Assembly (NCBI GenBank): GCA_016125355.1
Contig: WGLX01000010.1
Span: 58,402-122,401 of the forward strand
Reading direction: 5' to 3'
Source: Actinomycetales bacterium
GTDB taxonomy: Bacteria; Actinomycetota; Actinomycetes; S36-B12
DNA length: 64,000 nucleotides
Below the pieces are notes generated by a model. The model saw nothing but the letters and a program-made list of their open reading frames with translations, did no database searches and was not told the origin of the DNA. Both the position numbers and the translations under genes were made by a program. Below are positions 8,998 through 19,617 of this stretch, piece by piece; within the stretch, counting starts at the first letter, position 1, and each line of letters opens with the position of its first letter.

Positions 8998-10953
8998 ATG
9001 AGGAGTGGACCGGTGGTCACAACCGCCCAGGACCTGGTGGGCGGTGACCGGTCGGTCGTCGTCGCCCGCATCAACGGCGAGATCAAGGACCTGGCCACCC
9101 CCGTCACGGACACCGATGTCGTCGAGCCGGTGACCGTCGACTCCCCCGAGGGCCTCGCCGTCCTGCGCCACTCCACCGCGCACGTGCTGGCCCAGGCCGT
9201 CCAGGAGGCGTTCCCCGAGGCCAAGCTCGGCATCGGGCCGCCGGTCAAGGACGGCTTCTACTACGACTTCGATGTCGCGACCCCGTTCACCCCGGAGGAT
9301 CTCGCCGAGCTCGAGAAGCGGATGGTCCGCATCCTCAAGTCCCGCCAGCGCTTCGCGCGGCGGGTCGTGACCGAGGAGGACGCCGTCCGGGAGCTTGCGC
9401 ACGAGCCCTACAAGCTGCGGCTGATCGGCAGTGAGGGCGGCGCCGACGTGATGGAGGTCGGCGGCGCCGAGCTCACCATCTACGACAACATCGACGCCAA
9501 GTCGGGGGAGCGCTGCTGGGGCGACCTGTGCCGGGGGCCGCACGTGCCCGACACCGGCTACATCCCGCCGAACGCGGTGAAGCTGATGCGCACGGCCGCC
9601 GCGTACTGGCTCGGCGACCAGAAGAACGAGCAGCTCCAGCGCGTATACGGCACTGCATGGCCGTCGAAGGAGGAGTTGCGCGCCTATCTCACCTTCCTGG
9701 AGGAGGCCGAGAAGCGCGATCACCGCAAGCTCGGTGCCGAGCTCGACCTGTTCAGCTTCCCGGAGGAGATCGGCTCGGGCCTGGCGGTCTTCCACCCGAA
9801 GGGCGGCGTGGTCCGGCGGGTCATGGAGGACTACTCGCGGCGTCGGCACGAGGAGGCCGGCTACGAGTTCGTCAACAGCCCGCACATCACCAAGGGCGCG
9901 CTGTTCGAGAAGTCCGGGCACCTCGACTGGTACGCCGAGGGCATGTACCCGCCCATGCACCTCGACGCCGACATCGACGAGAGCGGCAACGTTCGCAGGC
10001 AGGGCGCGGACTATTACCTCAAGCCGATGAACTGCCCCATGCACAACCTGATCTTCGACGCGCGCGGCCGCTCCTACCGGGAGCTGCCGCTGCGGTTGTT
10101 CGAGTTCGGCACCGTGTACCGCTACGAGAAGTCGGGCGTGGTCCAGGGACTGACCAGGGCCCGCGGCTTCACCCAGGACGACGCACACATCTACTGCACC
10201 AAGGAGCAGATGGCCGACGAGCTCGACCGGCTCCTGACCTTCGTCCTCGATCTCCTCCGCGACTACGGTCTCTCCGACTTCTACCTCGAGCTGTCGACCC
10301 GCGACCCGGAGAAGAGCGTCGGCACCGACGAGGTCTGGGAGGAGGCCACCGAGACCTTGCGGCAGGCGGCGGAGCGACAGAACCTCGAGCTCGTCCTCGA
10401 CGAGGGCGGCGCCGCGTTCTACGGTCCGAAGATCTCCGTCCAGGCGAAGGATGCGATCGGTCGCACGTGGCAGATGTCCACGATCCAGGTCGACTTCAAC
10501 CTGCCCGAGCGCTTCGGCCTGGAGTACCAGGCGCCGGACGGCAGCCGGCAGCGACCCGTGATGATCCACCGCGCGCTGTTCGGGTCGATCGAGCGGTTCT
10601 TCGCCGTGCTCCTGGAGCACTACGCCGGCGCCTTCCCGCCCTGGCTCGCCCCGGTGCAGGTGGTCGGCATCCCGATCAGTGATGCGCACAACGCCTACCT
10701 GCATGAGGTCGCGGCCCGCCTGCGCCAGCGTGGTGTTCGCGTGGAGGTCGACACGGCCGACGAGCGCATGCAGAAGAAGATCCGCAACGCTCAGCGGGCC
10801 AAGGTTCCGTTCATGCTCATCGCGGGCGACGACGACGTGGCCGCCGGTGCGGTGTCCTTCCGCTACCGCAACGGTGAGCAGAAGAACGGAGTGCCCATCG
10901 ATGCGGCGGTCGACGAGATCGTGGCTTCGATCGAGACGCGCGAACAGGTCTGA
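8998..10953 (+). CDS. thrS: Threonine--tRNA ligase
   Basis: [44 protein letters not shown]. The start may be GTG 9013. Confidence 0.97.
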   Translation: MRSGPVVTTAQDLVGGDRSVVVARINGEIKDLATPVTDTDVVEPVTVDSPEGLAVLRHSTAHVLAQAVQEAFPEAKLGIGPPVKDGFYYDFDVATPFTPEDLAELEKRMVRILKSRQRFARRVVTEEDAVRELAHEPYKLRLIGSEGGADVMEVGGAELTIYDNIDAKSGERCWGDLCRGPHVPDTGYIPPNAVKLMRTAAAYWLGDQKNEQLQRVYGTAWPSKEELRAYLTFLEEAEKRDHRKLGAELDLFSFPEEIGSGLAVFHPKGGVVRRVMEDYSRRRHEEAGYEFVNSPHITKGALFEKSGHLDWYAEGMYPPMHLDADIDESGNVRRQGADYYLKPMNCPMHNLIFDARGRSYRELPLRLFEFGTVYRYEKSGVVQGLTRARGFTQDDAHIYCTKEQMADELDRLLTFVLDLLRDYGLSDFYLELSTRDPEKSVGTDEVWEEATETLRQAAERQNLELVLDEGGAAFYGPKISVQAKDAIGRTWQMSTIQVDFNLPERFGLEYQAPDGSRQRPVMIHRALFGSIERFFAVLLEHYAGAFPPWLAPVQVVGIPISDAHNAYLHEVAARLRQRGVRVEVDTADERMQKKIRNAQRAKVPFMLIAGDDDVAAGAVSFRYRNGEQKNGVPIDAAVDEIVASIETREQV

Positions 10954-10954
10954 G

Positions 10955-11467
10955 ATGACGGACGCCTGGGAACGGCTCTACACGCCGCACCGCATGGTCT
11001 ACCTCCGGGGCGAGAACAAGCCAAGCGATGATGCCGCCGGTGGGGGCTGCCCGTTCTGCCGGGCACCGGAGCTGCCTGATGACGAGGGGCTTGTCATCGC
11101 GCGGGGTGAGGAGGTGTACGCGGTGCTGAACCTCTATCCGTACAACTCCGGGCACCTCATGATCTGCCCCTACCGCCATGTGGCCGACTACTCCGAGCTG
11201 ACGCCGTCGGAGGTGGCCGAGCTCGGCGCCTTCACGCAGCAGGCCATGCGCGTCGTGCGGTCGGTCTCGGGAGCCCACGGGTTCAACATCGGCATGAACC
11301 AAGGGTCGGTCTCGGGTGCGGGGATCGCCGGCCACCTGCACCAGCACGTGGTGCCCCGATGGGGCGGCGACACGAACTTCCTCCCCGTCATCGGTGGCAC
11401 CAAGGTCATTCCCGAGCTGCTCAGCGATACGCGGACCCTGCTGGCCGACGAGTGGAAGGCGGAGTGA
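10955..11467 (+). CDS. HIT domain protein (Ap4A phosphorylase-like)
   Basis: CPFC, NLYPYNSGHLM, GAGIAGHLHQHVVPRW (HxHxH); conserved position after thrS. Confidence 0.92.
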   Translation: MTDAWERLYTPHRMVYLRGENKPSDDAAGGGCPFCRAPELPDDEGLVIARGEEVYAVLNLYPYNSGHLMICPYRHVADYSELTPSEVAELGAFTQQAMRVVRSVSGAHGFNIGMNQGSVSGAGIAGHLHQHVVPRWGGDTNFLPVIGGTKVIPELLSDTRTLLADEWKAE

Positions 11468-11468
11468 C

Positions 11469-11912
11469 ATGGCGACGTTCCTGACCCACGACGAGGAGCC
11501 GTCCCGCGCCTTCCTCTCCCTCGTCGGAGTGCGGATCCTCCGCGTGGATGACCCGGATGCGGCGGAGGTGATGCGCGACGTGCTCGGTGACAGCACCCAG
11601 GAGCGCGGTCGCATCGTCGCCGACCCGCCCGCGGATGCCGCCGCCTCGGACGAGGGGATGGGGGCGTGGCACATCAACGCGTGCAATGAGTTCGAGACGG
11701 TCGTAAGCGGCGAGGGGATCCTCGAGTTCATGACCGACAAGGGTCCCGTGGCCGTGCTGCTGTCGGCTGGCGACATCATGGCCGTCGAGCGGGCCGAGCA
11801 CCGCTACCGCCCCGTGACGCCCCAGGAGTGGGTGCTGCGGTTCGCTGCGGATGATCTCGGTGCGGTGGACACCGGGCGCGAGTCGGGCCCCTGGCCGCAT
11901 CTGCCGGTTTAG
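11469..11912 (+). CDS. Cupin protein, acireductone-dioxygenase-like
   Basis: WHINACNEFETVVSGEG...LSAGDIMAV...AEHRY cupin motifs; ATG 1 nt after the HIT stop codon. Confidence 0.6.
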   Translation: MATFLTHDEEPSRAFLSLVGVRILRVDDPDAAEVMRDVLGDSTQERGRIVADPPADAAASDEGMGAWHINACNEFETVVSGEGILEFMTDKGPVAVLLSAGDIMAVERAEHRYRPVTPQEWVLRFAADDLGAVDTGRESGPWPHLPV

Positions 11913-11943
11913 CTTCAGCTACTGGCGCCGGCGCCTCTGCCCA

Positions 11944-14610
11944 TCAGTCGGACAGGTCGTCGAAGCGCAGGTTGCCCCGGAACTGCAGCAGGAGAGCGAC
12001 GACCGCTGTCCAGCCCGTCTGGTGGCTCGCGCCGAGCCCGTGCCCGTCGTCGCCGTCGAAGTACTCGTGGAACGGTATGAGGTCGCGCCAGTGCGGATCG
12101 TCCTGGAAGTAGTCGTTCGCGCCAAGCACAGGCCGCCGTCCGTCGTCGTCCCGTACGAGGAGCCCGGTCAGGCGCCTGGCCATCTGATCGGCCACCTCAG
12201 CAAGCGTCACCTGCCGATCCGAGTCCGAGGGATCGGGCACCGTGAAGGTGTCGCCGAAGAAGCGGGCATATGAGTTGATGGACTGCACGAAGAGGAAGTT
12301 CATCGGCATCCACAGGGGACCGCGCCAGTTGGAGTTTCCGCCGAACATGCGGGTGCGGGATTCCGCGGGGGCATAGTCGACGCTGAAGTCCTGGCCGGCC
12401 GCATGGAACACGTACGGGTGCTCCCGGTGGTAGCGCGACATGGACCGCAGGCCGTGGGGCGACAGGAACTGCTCGGGATCGAGGACCCGCTCCAGCATGC
12501 GGCGTAGGCGGTAGTGGCCGACGACGCCCACCATGACGTGGCTGCCGTCGCCCCCCGACAGCCGCATGGGGGCGTAGTCGTCTCCGAGGTCGAAGGCAGC
12601 GCGCAGGCGCGTCATCGTCTCGCCGATGGTGGCGAGCGCCTCGGTGGCATCGACCGGCACCGAGATGCCCGCGAAGAGAGGCACCACCCCCTGCATCGAG
12701 AAGACCTCCAACGTGGTCGTCTCGCCGCTGGGCCACTCGATGACGTCGTGGTAGAAGCCGGTGCCCTCGTCCCAGAACGAGACGTTCCCGACCCCCGACT
12801 CGAGGGGTGCGGAGATGAGCCACGCGTCCCAGACCCAGCGCCCGAGCAACCGGAGGTAGCTGGGGAAGTAGTGGCCCAGTTCGATGGCGATCTCGAGCAT
12901 CTGGACCACGAGCGTGGCCATCCAGGCCGTCCCGTCTACCTGGTCGAGGGTGCCTCCCGTCGGCAGGGGCTGGTCGCGGTCGAAGACGCCCACGTTGTCC
13001 ATGCCGAGGAAGCCGCCTCCGAAGACTCCGCGATCCGAGGAGTCCTTCTGGTTGAGCCACCAGACGACGTCGAAGATGACGGCCCGATAGGCGGTCGCGA
13101 GGAAGGTCACGTCGCCGACGCCCCGCTGGCGTCTGTCGAGCTGGTAGACCTGCCACGCCGCCCACGCGTGCACCGGGGGGTTGGTGTCGCTGAAGGACCA
13201 CTCGTAGGCCGGGATCTGGCCGTGCGGGTGCTGGGTGGTGGACGAGAGCAGGATGAGCACCTGCTCCTTCGCCAGGTCGGGGTCGACCAGCGCCAGCGTC
13301 ACGCAGTGGAACGCGAGGTCCCACGCGGCGAACCACGGGTACTCCCACGCATCCGGCATCAGCACGACGTCCGCCATCGCGAAGTGCTGCCAGTCGCTGT
13401 TGCGGCCCTGCCACCGGGAGGCCGGCGGGCTGGGCTGGCCGGGGTCGCCCTTGAGCCAGCGGCGCACCGCGTAGTGGTAGTACTGCTTGCACCAGAGCAG
13501 ACCGGCCAGGGCCTGGCGCTGCACGAGGCGCTCGTCCGGGGACAGGTCCGGCGCCGCGAGGTCCGCGTAGAAGTCATCAGCCTCGGCCGCCCGGTGGGCG
13601 ATCACGTCGTCGGCGTCGTCGAACGGCAGGGTGAGATCAGCCGTGCCGAGCCGAACGGTGATCGTCATCGACGACCCGCCGGCAAGGGAGGCGGTCACGA
13701 GACCCGCGACCTTGCTGCCCTCGTTGAGGCTGACCGCGTCCTGGTCCCCGCGGACGACGTACTGGTCGATGCCGTCCTTGGTGGTCGCGGAGGCGTTGGC
13801 GGAGCCGAACAGCTCGGCGTTGTTGGTCTCGTTCTCGCAGAAGACGAGGGCGGGCCGCTCGTCGACGGATGAGGTGACGAAGAGCCAGCGATCGCCGAGG
13901 TGCGGGTGCGTGGTCGTCGCGACCCCGGGCCGCACCGGGCGGATGCGCGGAGCCGGGGCCTTCGGACCCTGCCAGGTCCAGGTGTTCCGGTACCAGAGCT
14001 GGGGGAGGGCCGTGATGGTCGCCGCGTCGGCCCCGCGGTTGGTGACGGTGATCCGGCAGATCACCTCCTCAGGAGTGGGCTTCGCGTACACGACCTCCAC
14101 GTCGAAGTAGCGATCCGCAAGCCAGTCCTCCCGGAGGGCGTCGAACAGCTCGTACTCGGGCTGTTCGGGACCGCGGACGCGATTGGCCTCCACGAGGTCG
14201 TCGTAGGGAAACGGCGCCTGCGGGTACTTGTAGACCATAGCGGCGTAGGCGTGGGTGGGCAGGTTGTCCGTGTAGAACCAGTAGTCCTTCACGTCCTCGC
14301 CATGGTTGCCCTGCGCGTTCGACAAGCCGAAGGGCCGCTCCTTGAGGATCGGGTCCCGCCCGTTCCACAGCGCCAGGCCGAGGCACAGCGTCTGGTCCCG
14401 GTCGCACCAGCCCGCGAGGGCGTCCTCGTTCCAGCGGTACGCCCGGCTCCGCGCGTGCTCGAACGGGAAGTAGGACCATGCATCCCCGTCCTCGCTGTAG
14501 TCCTCGCGGACGGTGCCCCACGCGCGCTCGCTGACGTACGTGCCCCAGCGCCGCCAGTCGGCAGCCCCGGACCGCGCCTCCTCGAGGCGTTCGTGCTCGG
14601 CCGTGGTCAT
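11944..14610 (-). CDS. Glucosidase, GH63/MGH1-like
   Basis: WRRWGTYVSERAWGTVREDYS, GNHGEDVKD, WEYPWFAAWDLAFH, GGNSNWRGP, FHEYFDGD, GASHQTGWT; start MTTAEHER at 14610. Confidence 0.9.
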   Translation of the reverse strand: MTTAEHERLEEARSGAADWRRWGTYVSERAWGTVREDYSEDGDAWSYFPFEHARSRAYRWNEDALAGWCDRDQTLCLGLALWNGRDPILKERPFGLSNAQGNHGEDVKDYWFYTDNLPTHAYAAMVYKYPQAPFPYDDLVEANRVRGPEQPEYELFDALREDWLADRYFDVEVVYAKPTPEEVICRITVTNRGADAATITALPQLWYRNTWTWQGPKAPAPRIRPVRPGVATTTHPHLGDRWLFVTSSVDERPALVFCENETNNAELFGSANASATTKDGIDQYVVRGDQDAVSLNEGSKVAGLVTASLAGGSSMTITVRLGTADLTLPFDDADDVIAHRAAEADDFYADLAAPDLSPDERLVQRQALAGLLWCKQYYHYAVRRWLKGDPGQPSPPASRWQGRNSDWQHFAMADVVLMPDAWEYPWFAAWDLAFHCVTLALVDPDLAKEQVLILLSSTTQHPHGQIPAYEWSFSDTNPPVHAWAAWQVYQLDRRQRGVGDVTFLATAYRAVIFDVVWWLNQKDSSDRGVFGGGFLGMDNVGVFDRDQPLPTGGTLDQVDGTAWMATLVVQMLEIAIELGHYFPSYLRLLGRWVWDAWLISAPLESGVGNVSFWDEGTGFYHDVIEWPSGETTTLEVFSMQGVVPLFAGISVPVDATEALATIGETMTRLRAAFDLGDDYAPMRLSGGDGSHVMVGVVGHYRLRRMLERVLDPEQFLSPHGLRSMSRYHREHPYVFHAAGQDFSVDYAPAESRTRMFGGNSNWRGPLWMPMNFLFVQSINSYARFFGDTFTVPDPSDSDRQVTLAEVADQMARRLTGLLVRDDDGRRPVLGANDYFQDDPHWRDLIPFHEYFDGDDGHGLGASHQTGWTAVVALLLQFRGNLRFDDLSD

Positions 14611-14645
14611 GCGCCGACCCCGGGGCTCAGGCGCCTGCTCGTCCG

Positions 14646-16799
14646 CTACTTGTCCGCGGTCTCGGTGTACCGCTTCGCGAGGTTCGCAGGAAGGGCGCCG
14701 TAGCCGGCCGGCTCCCGCATGAACTCGCCCGTTCCGTGCGTGATGCTCCGGATGTCGATGGCATACCGGGAGACCTCGACCTCGGGCACGTCGGCGATCA
14801 CCTGCGAGCGCCCCCCGGGCAGGGACTCCGTGCCCTTGATGATGCCGCGCCTGGTGGACATGTCGGCGATCACCGCACCGACGTGCTCGTCGGGTGCAAC
14901 GACGGTGAGGGTGACGATGGGCTCGAGCAGGTTCATGGTCGCCTTGGCCGCCGCGTCCTTCAGGGCCATGGCGCCCGCCGTCTGGAACGCCATGTCGGAT
15001 GAGTCGACGGAGTGGAACTTGCCGTCGACGAGGGTGACCCGGAGGTCGACCACCGGGAACCCCGCCACGACGCCCTGCGTCATCTGGTGCCGCACGCCCT
15101 TCTCCACCGACGGGATGAAGTTGCGGGGCACGGCGCCGCCGACGATCTTGTCGACGAACTCGAAGCCCGAGCCGGCGGGGAGGGGCTCCACCGTGATGTC
15201 GACCACGGCGTACTGGCCGTGCCCGCCGGACTGCTTGACGAGGCGGCCATTTCCGCTGGCCGCGGTGCCGAAGGTCTCGCGCATGGAGGGCCGGAGCTCG
15301 GCCGAGTCGACCTCGACGCCGTAGCGGGTCTTGATGCGGTCGAGAACGAGGTCCGCATGCGCCTCGCCCAGGGTCCACAGGATGATCTGACCGGTCTCCT
15401 CCGGGTGCTCGATCCGCAGCGTCGGATCCTCGGCCACCACGCGGCTGAGGGCCGTGCCGAGCTTGTCCTCGTCGCCAGCGCTGTGCGGTTGGATCGCGAG
15501 CGGGAGCAGCGGTTCCGGCATCCGCCACGGTTCCATGAGCAGGGGGGTCTCCGGTGATGACAGGGTGTCGCCGGTCTCGGCCTTGGTCAGCTTGCTGACG
15601 GCCACGATGCTGCCCGCGATGGCGGAGGAGACGTCGGTGTGCTGCGTCCCGACCATCGTGGTCAGGTGGCCGATGCGCTCGTCCACGTCGTGGTCCTCAT
15701 GCCCGGTGCCCGGGGAGAAGTGCCCCGACACGTGGACGACGGCATCGCTGGTGAGCGTGCCCGAGAAGACGCGGACGATGGAGACCTTGCCCACATACGG
15801 ATCGGAGGTCGTCTTGATGACCTCGGCCACGAGCGGCCCCGCGGGATCGGCGGTGATCGGCTCGGCGGGCGAGCCGTCGACCGTCGTCACGACAGGCAGC
15901 GGGTGCTCCGTGGGGGACGGGAAGCCGCGGACGATGAGATCGAGAATGAGCTCGGAGCCGACGTTCGCCGCCGTCAGGGCGTGCCCCATGACGGGGTGGA
16001 AGTGGCCGCGGGCGATCGCCTTCTCGAGGTCCGTCGTGAGCATGTCCACCTCGACGTGCTCTCCCTCGAGGAACCTCTCCATGAGGGCCTCGTCCTCGGA
16101 CTCGGTCACGACGCCTTCGATGAGGGAGCCGCGCTCGGTCTCGATGAGCTCACGGTGCCGGTCCTCGGCCGCCGCCACGGACACGGCCCCGGACGTCCAG
16201 TCCCAGATCTGCTCGTCGAGGAGGTCGATGAACCCGGCCACGACATCGTCGTCGCCGTGGACGGGCAGGAACAGGGGCATGACACCGCCGCCACCCGTGA
16301 AGACCCGCTGGCACACGGCCACCGTCTCGTCGAAGTTGGCACGATCCTTGTCGAGGTTGGTGACGACGATGGCCCGGGGCATGCCGATGAACTCGCACTC
16401 GTCCCACAGCTTGGCGGTCGCGAGGTCGACTCCCTCGACCGAGGACACGACGAACAGGGCCGCGTCGGCGCCGCGCAGTCCGGCGCGCAGCTCACCGGTG
16501 AAGTCCGCATACCCCGGGGTGTCGATGAGGTTCAGGACGGCGTTCTTCCACTCGATCGTGGCGATCGACAGGCCGACGGACCGACCCTGACGGATGGCCA
16601 CCGGATCGCTGTCACCGACGGTGGTGCCGTCCGCGATGGATCCCCGGCGACTGGTCACTCCGGCCGCGTTGAGCAGCGACTCGAGCAGCGTCGTCTTCCC
16701 GGATCCGGCTGGTCCGACGAGGGCGACGTTCCGGATGCGATCCGGGTCCGTCGCCGTGGGTGCTGCGCCTGGAGTGCGATCCGATCGCTTGTCCGCCAT
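14646..16799 (-). CDS. fusA2: Elongation factor G-like protein EF-G2
   Basis: GPAGSGKTT, DTPGYADF, KQSGGHGQY, DGKFHSVDSSDMAF; usual position divergent from pgsA in Actinobacteria. Confidence 0.92.
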   Translation of the reverse strand: MADKRSDRTPGAAPTATDPDRIRNVALVGPAGSGKTTLLESLLNAAGVTSRRGSIADGTTVGDSDPVAIRQGRSVGLSIATIEWKNAVLNLIDTPGYADFTGELRAGLRGADAALFVVSSVEGVDLATAKLWDECEFIGMPRAIVVTNLDKDRANFDETVAVCQRVFTGGGGVMPLFLPVHGDDDVVAGFIDLLDEQIWDWTSGAVSVAAAEDRHRELIETERGSLIEGVVTESEDEALMERFLEGEHVEVDMLTTDLEKAIARGHFHPVMGHALTAANVGSELILDLIVRGFPSPTEHPLPVVTTVDGSPAEPITADPAGPLVAEVIKTTSDPYVGKVSIVRVFSGTLTSDAVVHVSGHFSPGTGHEDHDVDERIGHLTTMVGTQHTDVSSAIAGSIVAVSKLTKAETGDTLSSPETPLLMEPWRMPEPLLPLAIQPHSAGDEDKLGTALSRVVAEDPTLRIEHPEETGQIILWTLGEAHADLVLDRIKTRYGVEVDSAELRPSMRETFGTAASGNGRLVKQSGGHGQYAVVDITVEPLPAGSGFEFVDKIVGGAVPRNFIPSVEKGVRHQMTQGVVAGFPVVDLRVTLVDGKFHSVDSSDMAFQTAGAMALKDAAAKATMNLLEPIVTLTVVAPDEHVGAVIADMSTRRGIIKGTESLPGGRSQVIADVPEVEVSRYAIDIRSITHGTGEFMREPAGYGALPANLAKRYTETADK

Positions 16800-16884
16800 C
16801 TAGTGGGCTCCTTCTCGAGTTTCCGCAAGCCTGCCGCTGCGCGCTGCCGGAAGCAACCGATCCGCGGCCGATAGAGTCGCGTCC

Positions 16885-17511
16885 GTGCTGAACAACCCGG
16901 CTGCCCGCAAGGTGGTCAGTGGGGCCATCGAACCACCGGCGCGCCTGCTGCTGCGCATGGGCGTCTCCCCGGATGCCGTCACGGTGGTCGGGACCCTCGG
17001 CGCAGTCGCCACGGCCCTCATCTGCCTGCCCCAGGGCTGGTTCATCCCGGCGGTCGTGATCATGCTCGTCCTCAGCCTCAGCGACCTGCTCGACGGGACG
17101 ATGGCCCGGATGGCCGGCACGTCCGGTCCATGGGGCAACTTCCTCGATGCCACCCTGGACCGCATCGCCGATGGAGCGATCTTCGGCGGACTGGCGATCT
17201 ACGGAGCCTTCCAGGACCAGCCGTGGCTGACCGCGGGTGCCGTGTTCGCCCTGGTGGTCGGCCAGGTCACGTCCTACGCGAAGGCGCGCGCGGAGGCGGT
17301 GGGCGCAACCGCCAACGTCGGCATCGCGGAACGGGCGGAGCGCCTCATCGTCGTGGGACTCGCCGCGCTGCTGGCCGGATTCGGAGTGCCCTACGTCCTC
17401 GCGGGCGCGCTGTGGCTGCTCGGCGTGCTCGGCCTGATCACCGTCCTGCAGCGGATCGTGGTCGTCCGGCGGCAGCTCAAGACGACGGCCGGTCCGGCCC
17501 CCGATGCCTGA
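16885..17511 (+). CDS. pgsA: Phosphatidylinositol phosphate synthase
   Basis: DLLDGTMAR...GNFLDATLDRIAD CDP-alcohol phosphotransferase motif; SYAKARAE. Confidence 0.92.
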   Translation: MLNNPAARKVVSGAIEPPARLLLRMGVSPDAVTVVGTLGAVATALICLPQGWFIPAVVIMLVLSLSDLLDGTMARMAGTSGPWGNFLDATLDRIADGAIFGGLAIYGAFQDQPWLTAGAVFALVVGQVTSYAKARAEAVGATANVGIAERAERLIVVGLAALLAGFGVPYVLAGALWLLGVLGLITVLQRIVVVRRQLKTTAGPAPDA

Positions 17512-18451
17512 CCGCACCGCGCTGCACACGGCGAGTGATGCCGTCACCGAGTGGGCGTTCGCGGCGGGCTGGCGGCTGGTCCGGATGCTGCCCGAGCGGG
17601 CCGCCTACGCCGCCTTCGACCAGGCCGCCGACGTCATCTGGCGGCGTCGCGGCGCGGGCGTCCTGCAGTTGGAGCGCAACCAGGCCCGCATCCACCCGCA
17701 TGCGTCTCCCCAGGACCTCAAGGAGCTCAGCCGCGAGGGCCTGCGCAGCTACATGCGCTACTGGTGCGACGCCTTCCGCCTGCCGACCTGGTCGCCCGAG
17801 CGCGTTCGGTCCACCTTCGTCCTCGACGGCGTCGAGCACCTCGATGAGGCGATCGCCCGGGGCACGGGTGCGCTGATGGTCGTCAACCACGGCGGAAACT
17901 GGGACCACGCCGGGGCGTGGGCCTGCCTGCGCTACGGAGGACTGACCACCGTCGCGGAGCGGCTCCGTCCGGAGGGCCTGTACCAGCGTTTCGTGGCCTA
18001 CCGCGAGTCGTTGGGGATGGAGATCCTCCCGCTCGGGGGCGACGATGTGGTGCGCACCCTCGCGCGCCGCCTGCGCGAGGGGCGCCTCGTCCCGCTGCTG
18101 GGGGATCGCGACGTGAGCCGCAACGGGGTCGTCGTCGATCTCTTCGGCGAGCGGGCCTCCCTTCCGGCCGGGCCGGCGGTCCTGGGCCTGCTGACCGGCG
18201 CGCCCATCCATCCGGTCACTCTCACGTACGACGGTCCGCTGGCCGTCGGGCTGGTGGGCAAGCGGGTGCCGGTACCGGAGTCCGGCACCCGGGAGGAGCG
18301 GATCCACGCGATCACGCAGGGGATCGCGCATGGATTCGAGGAGGGCCTGCGCCGTCGCAGCGTGGACTGGCACATGATGCAGCCGATCTGGACGGCGGAC
18401 CTGGACCCGGCCCGTCGTCGCTCCGCCGAGGCCCCCGAGGTGACACCGTGA
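17504..18451 (+). CDS. patA: Phosphatidylinositol mannoside acyltransferase
   Basis: RSYMRYWCDAFRLP, HGGNWDHAG, LLGDRD, DWHMMQ; located between pgsA and pimA. Confidence 0.9.
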   Translation: MPDRTALHTASDAVTEWAFAAGWRLVRMLPERAAYAAFDQAADVIWRRRGAGVLQLERNQARIHPHASPQDLKELSREGLRSYMRYWCDAFRLPTWSPERVRSTFVLDGVEHLDEAIARGTGALMVVNHGGNWDHAGAWACLRYGGLTTVAERLRPEGLYQRFVAYRESLGMEILPLGGDDVVRTLARRLREGRLVPLLGDRDVSRNGVVVDLFGERASLPAGPAVLGLLTGAPIHPVTLTYDGPLAVGLVGKRVPVPESGTREERIHAITQGIAHGFEEGLRRRSVDWHMMQPIWTADLDPARRRSAEAPEVTP

Positions 18452-19617
18452 GGGTGGGGCTGGTCTGCCCGTACTCCTGGGACGTGCCCGGCGGGGTCCG
18501 CACGCATGTCGCCGACCTGGCGGCCGCCCTCGTCGACCACGGGCACGAGGTCAGCGTGATGGCACCCGCCGAGGACCCCAAGGAGCTGCCCCCGGACGTC
18601 GTCGACGGCGGTCGTCCCATCGCGATCCGGTACAACGGCTCAGTGGCCCGGCTCAGCATCGGCGTCAAGGCCACCCGGCGGGTGCGCGCGTGGATCCGGG
18701 AGGGGCACTTCGACGTCCTTCACGTCCATGAGCCCATGGCGCCCAGCCTCTCGATGCTGGCGCTCTGGGTGGCGCGGGGACCCATCGTCGCCACCTGGCA
18801 CTCCTCGCACGACCGCTCCCGGGTGCTGTCGGCCGGGTACTACGTGGGCCAGACGGTGATGGAGAAGGTGCGCGGCCGGATCGCCGTGAGCGAGAACGCG
18901 CGGCGGACGCTCGTGAACCACCTGGGTGGTGATGCGGTGCTGATCCCCAACGGGGTCCGTGTCGCCGCCTACCGCTCGCCGGAGCGGCTGCCCGGCGTCG
19001 ATCCGGATCGGCCCGCGATCCTCTTCCTCGGCCGCATGGATGAGCCGCGCAAGGGCCTGGCCGTCCTCCGTGCGGCGCTGCCGCGCATCGTGGCCGCGAT
19101 CCCGGACATCCAGGTGCTCGTTGCCGGGCCCGGCAACGAGGACGAGCAGCGGGAGCTCCTTCCGCCAGCGGTCACCGGCAACGTGCGCTTCCTCGGCCGC
19201 ATCTCCGACGAGGACAAGGCCCGTGCGCTGCGGTCCGTCGATGCCTATGTCGCGCCGCACACCGGCGGCGAGTCCTTCGGGATCGTCCTCGTCGAGGCCA
19301 TGTCCGCCCAGGCGCCGGTCATCGCGTCGGACCTGCTGGCCTTCCGCAACGTGCTGGAGGACGGACGCTGCGGACGGCTGTTCCCCAACCAGGACTCGGC
19401 AGCCCTGGCTGACGCGGTCATCCAGCTGATCGCCGATCCAGACCTGCGGAGCGCCTACGTGGCCGAGGGCGACCGGCGGGTGCGCGACTTCGACTGGGAT
19501 CGCGTGGTCGACGAGGTCATCGCGGTGTACGACAGCGTGCACATGCCGGGGGAGAAGGTCACCGAGGACCTGCGCGGCCAGGTGGTCGGGCGGCTGTCGC
19601 GACGGGGCACGTCGTGA
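18448..19617 (+). CDS. pimA: GDP-mannose phosphatidylinositol mannosyltransferase (GT4)
   Basis: VCPYSWDVPGGV, YNGSVARL, HVHEP, GRMDEPRKG, GGESFGIVLVEAM. Confidence 0.92.
   Translation: MRVGLVCPYSWDVPGGVRTHVADLAAALVDHGHEVSVMAPAEDPKELPPDVVDGGRPIAIRYNGSVARLSIGVKATRRVRAWIREGHFDVLHVHEPMAPSLSMLALWVARGPIVATWHSSHDRSRVLSAGYYVGQTVMEKVRGRIAVSENARRTLVNHLGGDAVLIPNGVRVAAYRSPERLPGVDPDRPAILFLGRMDEPRKGLAVLRAALPRIVAAIPDIQVLVAGPGNEDEQRELLPPAVTGNVRFLGRISDEDKARALRSVDAYVAPHTGGESFGIVLVEAMSAQAPVIASDLLAFRNVLEDGRCGRLFPNQDSAALADAVIQLIADPDLRSAYVAEGDRRVRDFDWDRVVDEVIAVYDSVHMPGEKVTEDLRGQVVGRLSRRGTS

Noticed and set aside
14611-15528. N-terminal extension of the 1194-aa ORF, suggesting an EF-G2/glucosidase overlap or fusion
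   Set aside because: The extension is an Arg/Gly-rich off-frame read of fusA2. The glucosidase family N-terminus begins at ATG 14610.
14646-16799. EF-G paralog with a degenerate G4 motif (TNLD)
   Set aside because: This is the known actinobacterial EF-G2 family at its usual locus, so it is not novel.
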